Source of the DNA: Scenedesmus sp. PABB004
Lineage: Eukaryota
Assembly (NCBI GenBank): GCA_014905635.1
Contig: CM026547.1
Location: 2,232,001 to 2,296,000, forward strand
DNA: 64,000 bases
Direction: 5' to 3'
The notes below the pieces were generated by a model that saw nothing but the letters and a program-made list of their open reading frames with translations, was not told where the DNA came from and made no database searches. The translations under genes were made by a program, and so were the position numbers. This document shows positions 48,230-57,812 of the stretch, piece after piece; position 1 is the first letter of the stretch; each line of letters starts with the position of its first letter.

Positions 48230-51200
48230 TCACAGCCCCCGGCTGGGCGGCCGCGCCGAGCAGCGCACCGCGTCGGTGCTGCCCCGCACCAGGCCGCGCG
48301 CCCTGGGCGCCGGCTGCTGGTCGCCCGCCGCCGCCGGGCCGCCGCCGCCACGCCCGGCGGCGACGCCGTCCAGCAGCGACCCAGCCCCGCCGCGGCCCCT
48401 CAGCTGCAGCGCGCCGCCGCCGGCAGGGCCTGCCGCTGCCGCGCACAGCAGCAGCTCCTTGGTGCGCCGCGCTGCGGCCGAGCCGGGGCGCGCACTGACG
48501 CCGCACGCTGCGATGCCGGCCGCCGACTGCGACGTGCGGCGCGCCGACGCGGGCCGGCCGCTCGCGCCGCACGCCGCGGCGCTGCTGCTGCTGCTGCTGC
48601 CACTGGGCTGCGCCTGCTCTGCGCCGGCGGCGTCCGCGAGGCTCAGGTAGGCGCGCTGCAGGCGGTCGCAGTCAAAGCGCGCCAGGTCAAAGGCTTGCGC
48701 CCCCGGCGGCGCCGCCGCCTGGTCGAGCTCGCGCTGCAGGCGCACGCTGTTGCCTGCGGGGCGCGCGCGCGCAAGGTCGGCGCAGGCGGCGCGCGCGCCG
48801 CGGCGCCCTGCCTCGCCCCCGCGCGCGCGCACGGCGCCGCGCGCGCACCCGCGGCGGCGACGTTTGCGATGGCCCAGGCCTCGTCGTACTCGCGCCACTG
48901 TGCCGCGCTGCTGATGAGGTCCTGGTAGGGCGGCGGGATGAAGGCGGCGATGGCCAGATTCTTGAGCTTGACCTGCTGGCTCAGCGCGCGGTAGTCGGCC
49001 AGCAGGTCCTCGCGCTCCGCCTGGAACTGGGCCGACACGTCCGCCGCCTCCGCGCGGCGCTCGCGGTAGCGCCGCGCGAGCGCGGCGAGCTGCGCGCCCT
49101 TCTGCGCGACCTCCTCCTGCGCGGCCAGCGCGACCAGCGCGGCCGGTCAGCGCGCCCGCCCGCGCCCGCCCGCCCGCCCGCCCGCCCGCCCGCCGCCGGG
49201 GCCGCTGGCGCCGCCGCGCCTCGAGGCTGCTGTACTTCGCGTTGAGGTCGAGGCGCTCCAGCTGCAGCTGCTCCAGGCGGCGCCGCTGCTCCGCCTGCTG
49301 CCGCGCGGCGACCTCGAGCTGCGTCTTGGTCGCCGCGCTGCGCTGCTTCAGCGCCTCCACCTTGTCCAGCAGGTTCTCGCCGCCGTGCAGCACCTGGCGG
49401 CCGCGCGGCGGGCAGGGCAGGGCGGGGCGCGCGCTCGCGCGGCGCGGCGCCGCGCGCGGCGAGGCGCCGCGCGCGGCGAGGCCTTGCCGCCAGCGCCGCG
49501 CGCCGCGGCGTGCCGCGCCTTGCTCTCCATCGCGGCGATGCGCTCGAGCAGCTCCTGCTGCTCGCTGCGCTCCTGCACCGCGGCGGCCTCGAGCGCGCGC
49601 ATGTCGGCGATCTGGCGCTTCAGGTCCTCGCGCAGCGCGCGCCGCTGCTCCTCGGTCGCGTCGCTCGCCGCCATCAGCGACTGCGGCGGTTGGCGCCGGC
49701 GGCGGTTGGCGGCAGCTGGCAGCGGTTCGTGCGGCTGCGCACACGCCCTTGGAGCGGCGGCGCGCTGGGCGGCGCCCGTGCTGGGCCGCCGCCCGCCGCC
49801 GGCCGCACCTCGAGCTGCTGCCGCGCGCGGGCCTCCGCATCCGCGCGCGCCGCCTCCAGCGCCTGGCCCTCGAGCTGCTGCTGCTGCTGCGCCGCCATCT
49901 CCGCCCGCATCTGCGCGCGCAGCTGCTGCACCAGCGTCGCCTTGTCGGGCTCCACCTCCACCACGCGCTCGACGACCTGCGCGGCGGGCCGGCGCTGCTC
50001 AGCGCACCGGGTCAGCCCGCGGCCAGCCAGCCGGCGGCCGGCGCGTGCGCGGCTGGCTCGCCCTCCTCCCACCGGCGCGCCTGCACGTCGGCGCCGTCGC
50101 CGGCCGCGCCGCCGCCCTGGCGCGCCGCCAGCTGCGCCTTGAGGCGCGATATCTCATCCTGCGGGGCGGTCGCCGAGCTCGGCCGCGCCCAGCGGCGCCG
50201 CGCATGCTGCGCGCGGTGGCGCTGCGGCGGCGCGCCTGGAACTCGCGCAGCATGGCGTCCTTGGGGTCCTCGTTGATGCGCGGCTTGTTGGTGATGTTCT
50301 TGGCCCTGCGAGCAGGCGAGCGCGGCCGCGTGACGACCGACCGGCGTCGAAGCGGCGCCCCGGCCGGCGCGGCGCGCGGGCGCGCGCGCGCGCGCGCGCG
50401 CGCGCGCGCCTGTTGGCGTAGCGCAGCGTGCTGAGCGTCTCCTCGTAGTTCCAGTCCGCGGGGCCGACGTTGGCGACCATCACGGTCTTGGTGTTGCCGC
50501 CGAGGCTGTCCTGCAGCAGGCGCGTGAGCTTGGAGTCCCTGCGCGCGCGCGCGCGCGGCGGGGGGCGCCGCGGCCGGGTCGCCGCTGAGCTCGGACGCCG
50601 CCCGTCAGCCTGGCGCCGGGCGCGGCGCGCCTGTAGGGGATGTGCCCGCTCTTGCCGTCCACGAGCGCGCTGATGACGTTGCCGAGCGCGCTGAGGGAGA
50701 GGTTGATCTTGGCCGCCTCCTTCAGCCGCTCGCCTGCGGCCGCACGGGGCGGCCCGGGCACAGCCGGGGCGGCAGGCCGCGGCGCGGTCGCGGCGGGCGG
50801 CGCACGGCAGCGCCGCGGGCGGCCCCCGCCGCGCAGCACCCCGCGCGCGCGCGCGCGCGCGCGCGCGTGTGCGCGCGCCGCACCCGTCGCGCCCGTCTTG
50901 CTCTGCCGCTCGCTGCCGGCGAGGTCCACCAGGTTGAGCTTGCCCACGCGGATGTGGCCGGCGCCCTCGGCCGCCGGGGGCGCGCGCTCGGCGGCCTCGA
51001 TGGTGATGGTGAAGATGGAGTGCGAGCGCGAGCTGTCCTGGTTCATCAGCGTCGCGCCGACGGAGCGGTTCTTCTTGCCCACCTGTGCGGCACGGCGCGC
51101 GCGGCGGCGGCGGCGGCGGCGCGTGGGCCAGCACGGCCGCGCGTGGGCCAGCGGGGGCGCGTGGGCCAGCGGCCGTGCGCCGCGTGCACACGCACGCACA

Positions 51201-52362
51201 CACACACGCGCGCACCTGCAGCACGCTGTTGACCTCCGCCGCGCTCTTGACGACAAACTGCATGAGGTCGCGCACGTACACGCCGCGGTCGGGGTGCTCC
51301 TTGAGCTCCAGCCGCGCGTCGGGGCTCTTGGAGAGCAGGTCCCGGATCTCCTCGTTGTAAATCTCCAGGTAGCTCGCGCGCACGAGGAACTCCGCCGCGC
51401 CGCCTGCGCGCCGCGCGGGCCGGGCGCGGGCGCGCGGCAGTGACGCGCGGCGCGCGCTGGCCGCGTGCGGCGGGCGCGGGCGCGGGCGCGCCGCCGTTGC
51501 CGCCGCCGCGCACCCTGCTGGGCGATGGTGTCGAAGACGTAGTTGAAGGTCGCGGGGATGATGCCGCGCAGCTCGGGCGGCTCGTCGCGGCCCTCCATGG
51601 TGAACGACTTGCCCGTGCCCGTCTGACCGTACGCAAAGATGGTGCCTGCGCGGGCGGCGCGGCCAGGGCGGGTCGCATGGTGCGCCGCGCGCGCGCGCGG
51701 CGCCGCCGAGGCGCGCGCAGGGTCCGTCCGAGCTGCGCCCCGCTGCCAGCCACCGGCGCCGCGGCGCCCGCACCGTTGTAGCCGCCCATGCAGGCGTCGA
51801 TGATGGGCTTGGCGGTGATCTCGAAAATGGTGCCCTGCTCGCTGTTCCAGTCGTACACCTGCGGCGGGGGAGCGGCCAGGCGGGGGGCGCGGGCACCCGC
51901 GCTGTTGACACCCGCGGCGCGGGTCGGCTGGCGCTGCCGCCCGCAGCGCCAGCTCGCGCCGCGCGCGCTGACCGCCGCCCCCGTCGCGCCTGATCAAAGG
52001 TGAACGACTTGGGCGGCTCCCGCTCGTCCGACTTGGGGTTGCGCAGCTGCGGCGGCGCACAGCGCGCGCGGTCGGCCAGCGGCAGCCCCGCGCGCCGCGG
52101 GGCCGTTGCGCGCCCGGACGCGCCGCGCGCGGACGCGCCGCGCGCCGCCGCCGCGCCGCGCACCAGGACCTGGCCCTGCCGCGCGTCCATGTCCACGATG
52201 CGCTGCCGGCCATCCTGCTTCTCCTTGTCGTTGAGGGGCCTGCACCGCACCACCACCTGCGGCGCCGGGAGGGGCGCACGCCGAGTGGGCGCCGCCCGGG
52301 CGCGCGCGACAGCAGGCGCGTGCGGCGCGCCGCACCTTCACCGCCTCCGTGTTTTTCGACAT
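48230..52362 (-). CDS. FLA10: Kinesin-II (kinesin-2) anterograde IFT motor subunit, FLA10/KIF3-like; about 16 introns
   Basis: [11 protein letters not shown]...[65 protein letters not shown] and [21 protein letters not shown], followed by a coiled stalk. Confidence 0.93.
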
Positions 52363-52409
52363 GCTGCTGCCCGCGCAGCAACAGCTGGCCTAGCAGCTTG
52401 CTGCGGGCG

Positions 52410-52790
52410 GCGCGGCGCCGACCGCGCGCGGAGACGCGCCGCCGCTGCTGCGCCGGCGCCGCCGCGCTGTCCCGCGCCGCAGGCGGCCGTGCCGCGCGTG
52501 ATACGGGGGCGTGGCGAGACGAGCGTGCTCCCGGGCGGTCGAAACGGACGGTCCGTGGCCGTGCGCGAGCGCGGCGCGGGTTCAACGCGGTCCGCTGCTC
52601 GTGGGCGGGCAGCTGGCGGGGAGGCTCGCGCGGCGGCGCGGGTGCGAGGGGATGCCTGAGGCCGCAGGCGCCTCCGTGCTGGTCGGCCGCGGGCGGGCGC
52701 GCGGCGCGCGAGGGCCGGAGCCCTGCCACAGAGAGGTCTCAGCGGCCGGCGCGCGCCGCGCGGCTGCCGGCTGCTCGCGGCTGCCCGGCG
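52410..52790 (+). repeat. Left arm of a ~380-bp inverted duplication; lies upstream of FLA10
   Basis: Reverse complement of ~55208-55598, with long identical blocks such as GCGCGAGCGCGGCGCGGGTTCAACGCGGTCCGCTGCTC and CGCGCGGCGGCGCGGGTGCGAGGGGATGCCTGAGGCCGCAGGCGCCTCCGTG. Confidence 0.95.
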
Positions 52791-53659
52791 GCGGCGGCGT
52801 CGCAGACAGAGCTGGCGGCGGCCGGTGCCTGGGCGGCGACGGCACCCCGACCGGCCCGCAGCGCGGCAAAGAGCAGCGACCAGCGCGGCCGCCCGCCCCA
52901 GCGCCGCCGGCGCCGGCGCCGCGCGGCAGCCAGAACGCGCTTGCCCCCGCTCCGCACGCACGGCGACGCTCGCCGCAGGGCGCACGCCGCCGCGGGCAGC
53001 GGTTGACCGCGGCCGCCGCCGCGCCCGTGCGGCCGCCCGGGCGCCGCCGCCCACGGTTCGTCCAGGCACGGCGCTGCGCGCGGTGGGGGCGCCTGGGGCG
53101 CGCCGCCCTAAAACCAAGGGGGACAGCGTGTCCTTGCTCGCCCGCCCCAAATGCCGTCCCCCGGCCACTGCCCGCTCAGACGCCCGCTCGGACACGCCCC
53201 CAGCGACCTCCCCTTGCGCCTGGACCGGTCCTCTGACCAGCGCGCGCACTCTTGCGGCGCAGCTTCCGCCCCGCCTCCGCCGTCGCCGATCAGCGCCCCG
53301 GCGCAGCGCGTGGCGTGCGCATGCGGTCCGGGCGCGCCCGACGCAGCGGCGCGTCGAGCTGAGCAGGTGCGGCGGGCGGTGGAAGCTTCGCCCGGCCTGC
53401 CGCGGCGCTCGTCGCGCCCACGCGCCGCGCCGGGGCCCGCGCCGCCGGGTTGGGCGCGTGCGCCGCGCTCGCGTCGCTTGCGCGCGGCGCCGGCGCGCCA
53501 GCGGGCCGGGCGGCGCGGCGGAGCCGGCGTTTGCGGAGATGGCGCGCTGTCCCTCACCTCCGCGCGCCGACGTGTCCCCCCCGCCGCGCAGGACTTCGAC
53601 GCCGGGGCGTTCGACGACGTAGGCAGCACCCCCCGTCGCGAGCGGCGCAGCAGGCCCCC

Positions 53660-54973
53660 ATGGCGGTGGCGGCGGCGGCGGCCTGCGGCGGCCTGCTCGG
53701 CGACGCCCTGTGGCCGGCGGGGCTGGAGGCGCTCGACCCCATGGACGACCACGACCTGCCCGACCTGTCCTCGCCCGACTTCCTGGAGTTCCTCGCCGAG
53801 AGCGACCTCACGGGCCCGCTGCCGCTCATCCCCGACGCGGCGCTGCCGGGCTCGCCCGAGGCGACGAGCAGCTGCGCGGCGGGCTCGCCCGCGTTCGCGC
53901 CCGCGTTCGCGCCCGCGGCGCAGCTGCCGCCCCTGCTCGCGCCCGTGGTGACCACGGCGCTCGCGTGCGGCGGCGGCGCGGCGCTGCCGCCGGCGGCGCC
54001 GGCGCCGGCGCGGCGCGCGCAGCGCCGGCCCCGCCTTGCGAGCCGCGCGGCGTCGACGAGCAGCAGCGACGACAGCGCGGCCGCCTGCCGCAGCGGCGGC
54101 GGCAGCGCCCCGGGCAGCCCGCTGGCGACGAGCAGCCTGCCCGCGTCGAGCGACGCCTCGGCGCTGCCGGCGCCGCTCGCGAGCCAGCTGAGCCTGCGCA
54201 GCGGCGCGGCGCGCGCCGCCGCGCGCCCGCCGCGCGCCTCGTCGGCGGCGGGCGCGCAGCAGGGCGGCGGCGGCGCCGCCGCCGCGGCGCCGACCAAGCA
54301 GCAGCTCGCGGCGGCCAAGCGCAAGGCGCCCGAGGTCGACTGGCGGTCCATCGACGACCCCGCGGAGCGCCGCCGCCAGCGGCGGCTCGCCAAGAACCGC
54401 ATCACCGCCGCGCGCAGCCGCGAGCGCAAGAAGGAGCAGCTGGTGGACATGGAGGAGCGCATGGCCGGTCTGGAGGCGGAGAACGCGCAGATGCGCGCCC
54501 TGCTGGCCAGCCTGGCGCAGGAGAACGCCGGCCTGAAGGAGCAGCTCGCTAGCCTCGCTAGAGGCGCAGCTGCAGCCCCGCCCTGCACCCGGAGCAGCCC
54601 CGAGCCTGCCGTGCTCGAGTGCTTAGCTATAATGCACTTGGCGGCTTGCCTCCGGTGTGACAGGGCGGCGGCATCCTTCTGGCTGGGCTTCCTCCTCGCG
54701 CCGGCGCTGGCGCAGCGGGGCGCGCACGCGAGCGCGGGGCCCGCCCCCGGCCCAGCTGCGCGCGCCGGCGTGCCCGCCGCTGCCCCTGCAGCGCGCGACA
54801 GCGGCGGCAGCGGCCGTGGCAGCAGCAGCGGCTGGCGGCGGCGGCGGCAGCGCAGCAGCAGCAGCTGGCGCCGCCCGCGGCGGTTGAGAGCTGGCGGCGC
54901 TGGCTGGGCGCGGCGCCGGGTCGGCGCCGCGCTACGGCCCGCCAGCGCGGGCGCGCGGCGCACGCGCGCCTGA
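53660..54973 (+). CDS. Membrane-anchored bZIP transcription factor, bZIP60/XBP1/HAC1-type (Chlamydomonas bZIP1-like)
   Basis: Acidic N-terminus, basic region ERRRQRRLAKNRITAARSRERKK and a leucine zipper, then EPAVL followed by a hydrophobic segment. The start is tentative; a probable 5'UTR intron spans ~53367-53591. Confidence 0.85.
   Translation: MAVAAAAACGGLLGDALWPAGLEALDPMDDHDLPDLSSPDFLEFLAESDLTGPLPLIPDAALPGSPEATSSCAAGSPAFAPAFAPAAQLPPLLAPVVTTALACGGGAALPPAAPAPARRAQRRPRLASRAASTSSSDDSAAACRSGGGSAPGSPLATSSLPASSDASALPAPLASQLSLRSGAARAAARPPRASSAAGAQQGGGGAAAAAPTKQQLAAAKRKAPEVDWRSIDDPAERRRQRRLAKNRITAARSRERKKEQLVDMEERMAGLEAENAQMRALLASLAQENAGLKEQLASLARGAAAAPPCTRSSPEPAVLECLAIMHLAACLRCDRAAASFWLGFLLAPALAQRGAHASAGPAPGPAARAGVPAAAPAARDSGGSGRGSSSGWRRRRQRSSSSWRRPRRLRAGGAGWARRRVGAALRPASAGARRTRA
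54601..54617 (+). promoter_or_regulatory. IRE1-type cleavage stem-loop in the bZIP mRNA
   Basis: CGAGC-CTGCCGT-GCTCG forms a 5-bp stem with a 7-nt CNGNNGN loop at the EPAVL position, equivalent to the ESAVL site of plant bZIP60. Confidence 0.75.
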
Positions 54974-55207
54974 GCGGTCGGCCGCTGCTGTCGAGAGGCT
55001 TGACGCATTTTGCATCGAAACCAACCTTCTTTTTTGCTAGCGGCGAGAGAACACAACAGGCACGCGCATGTGCGTGGGCGGCGGGCGGGGCGATTGATTG
55101 CACGTGTCGCGCGCGGCCCTGGCGGCGACATGACCCATTGTCAGGAGCGTCGGCCACGGTAACCAGCTCGGTGTGTCACCCCCCGCGGGCAGCGCCCCCT
55201 CAGCGGC

Positions 55208-55598
55208 GCGCCGGCAGCCGCCGCCGGCAGCCGCAGCACGCGCCGGCCGCTGAGACCTCGCGCACCGTGGCAGAGCTCCGGCCCTCGCGCGCCGCCCGCC
55301 CGCCCGCGACCGACCCCCACGGAGGCGCCTGCGGCCTCAGGCATCCCCTCGCACCCGCGCCGCCGCGCGAAGCCTCCCCGCCAGCTGCCCGCCCATGAGC
55401 AGCGGACCGCGTTGAACCCGCGCCGCGCTCGCGCACGGCCCACGGACGGACCGCTCCGACCGCCCGGGAGAACGCTCGTCTCGCCGCTCCCCCGTATCAC
55501 GCGCGGCACGGCCGCCTGCGGCGCGGGACAGCGCGGCGCCGCCAACGCAGCAGCGGCGGCGCACAGCAGCTCCGCGCGCGGTCGGCGCCGGCCGCGCC
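55208..55598 (-). repeat. Right arm of the inverted duplication; lies upstream of the coiled-coil gene at 55651
   Basis: Inverted copy of ~52410-52790 with scattered substitutions and small indels. Confidence 0.95.
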
Positions 55599-55650
55599 GG
55601 CGGGCCGGCCAGCCCTCGGTCGTGCGTGCACGTCCCACAACGGGTCCGCC

Positions 55651-56344
55651 ATGAGCGCCGCGGAGGCGCGCGCGCTGGCGCAGCAGCAGGCGGACTCGTT
55701 CAAGCTCGCGACCAGCAGCATCGGCGGCACGGCGGAGAGCCTCAAGCGCCGGCTCAAGCAGCTTGACGCCGGTGTGGCGGTGCTGTGTGGTGGCTGAGGG
55801 GCAGCTCCGGGGCGGCGGCAGAGCCAGCCAGCACTGGCTCGGCCGCGCGGCCAGCCGGCGCCGGCGACCAGGCTCCCGCCTCGCCCCGCCTCTCGCTCGC
55901 CCGCGCAGAGCTCAAGGAGGACCTCAAGGGCAAGAAGGAGTTCGAGGCCTACCTGTCCAAGCTGCAGACGCAGCGCGCCGACGTGCAGGACCGCATCGAG
56001 AAGAACCGCGCCTGGATCGTGAGCGCGGCGCCTGGCCGCCGGCCGGCCGGCGGCGGCCAGGCGGCCCCCCCCCACACGCGCGCGCGCGGCGCGCGGCCGG
56101 CGCGAGCGCGGCGGCGGCGCCGCCGCCGCGCCTTCCCTCGCAGGCCAACTTTGAAGCCAACCAGGACGGCGGGGCGTTTGAGAGCCAGTACAAGCGGCTG
56201 CTCGAGGAGATACAGAGCATCTACGAGTCGGCGAAGGAGTTTCACAGCGAGGGCATCAAGCTGCTCATCAAGGAGTTTGGCTACCACCTCGCGTACAAGC
56301 GCTGGAACGACTCCTTCACCGCGGTGCCGTTCACGCCCAAGTGA
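55651..56344 (+). CDS. Small (~140 aa) coiled-coil protein of unknown function, possibly flagellar; 3 exons
   Basis: MSAAEARALAQQQADSFKL...ELKEDLKGKKEFEAYLSKL...FESQYKRLLEEIQSIY...FGYHLAYKRWNDSF. Strong codon bias and canonical introns. Confidence 0.75.
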
Positions 56345-56554
56345 CGGGCCGGCGGCGCGGCGCAGCGCGAGGTCTCGGCGGCGCGGCGGCGCGTGTGGGC
56401 GCGGCACCGGCGGCGCCGCCGTCCAATTGACACGACCACGGCAGGCCCTCTTCGCACGCAACGCCCGCAGCCCCGCGCCCGCCGCAGCGCCGCCACTTTC
56501 GCTGCTGCCGCCGCCGGCCAGCCGGCCACGCCGCGCCGTGTTAGCAGCCGCGCC

Positions 56555-57698
56555 ATGCTGGCGCGGGGCAGCGCCGCTGGCCTGCTGCACCTGCACGCGG
56601 CGGCGCTGCTTGCGTCCGCCAGCTGCGCGGGCCTGCTGCGATCCCTCGGGGCGGTCTCGCGGCCCCCAGCGCCGGCGCCAGGTGCGCGGGCGCCGCGGCG
56701 GGCGTGACACGCCACCACGCCCAGCCCGGCGAGCCGACCGGCGGCCGCTGCCGGGCCCCGCAGGCGGCGCGGCGCTGCACACGAGCAGCGGCTGCATCGG
56801 CGACGGCGGCGGCCCGCACGACGGCGCCGCTGCCGGCAGCGACGCCGCCAGCTCAGCAGAGCCGCAGCCGCAGCTGGTGGAACAGGTGCGCGTGGTGCCG
56901 CCGCGCCGGGCAGGGGGCCGCGCCGGCTGGCGTGCGGCGCCGAGCTGCCAGGCCCTCCACGCCCCCCGCCGCCGCGCGCCGGCGCCGCAGCTGCTGAGCG
57001 CGGTGCACAGCGGGCGGCGGCAGCAGCTGGAGGCGCGCAAGCTGGAGGTCATACGGGAGTTCCAGCGCGCCGACGGCGACGTGGGGTCGCCCGAAGTGCA
57101 GAGTGCGCGCCGGCCGCCCCGCGCGCGCCGCCGGCCGCCCCGCGCGCCCCGGCGAGCGCGCGGCCCATCACGCCGCCTGCCGGTCCCGCGCGCCCGCCGG
57201 TCCCTGCAGTCGCGCTGCTGACCGAGAAGATCCGAGACATGGCCGGCCACTTCATCAAGCACCGCAAGGACTACCACTCGATGCGGTGCGGCCCCCGCGG
57301 CGGCGCGCCTGCGCGCACGCGCCCGCGCCGACACCGCACCGCCGCCGCCGCCGCCGCCGCCCAGGGGGCTGCAGGGCATGCTGAACCAGCGCCGCAAGCT
57401 GCTGGCCTTCCTGCGGCGCTCCAACTTTGCGCGCTACGCGTTTGTGCTGCACCGCCTGGGGCTCAAGGACACCTACGCCAAGCAGGCGCGCCGCGGCGCG
57501 CGGCGCACGGCGCGCGCCCCGACCGCCGGCGCCGCCCTGGCTGCAGCGCGGCGCGGCGCTGAGCTGACGCCGGCGCCGCCGCGCCTGCGCCGCGCCCCCG
57601 CCCGCCCGCGCGCATCGCAGGAGCGGTACGACAAGTACCGCGTGGGCACGCGCCTCGGCGCGCCGGCAGAGGCGTTGAAGCGCTACGGCAACAAGTAG
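56555..57698 (+). CDS. Organellar (probably mitochondrial) ribosomal protein S15 (uS15); multi-exon
   Basis: DGDVGSPEVQ..ALLTEKI, HRKDYHSMR|GLQGMLNQRRKLLAFLRR and LHRLGLK, after an N-terminal targeting-like extension. Confidence 0.9.
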
Positions 57699-57812
57699 CG
57701 GCGCCCGCGTCGCCGCCGCCGCCGCGGCCGCGTGTAACGCTGCCGCCGCCCCAGCTCCCGGAGGGGGCGGCACACGTGTTGCATCGGCGCGCGCGCTCAC
57801 TCGTCCGCGCGC

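Noticed and set aside
52575..52590. CGCGGGTTCAA in the inverted repeat resembles a tRNA T-arm/B-box, suggesting a SINE or ncRNA
   Set aside because: No cloverleaf, no convincing A-box at the proper spacing, no T-stem closure and no oligo-T terminator.
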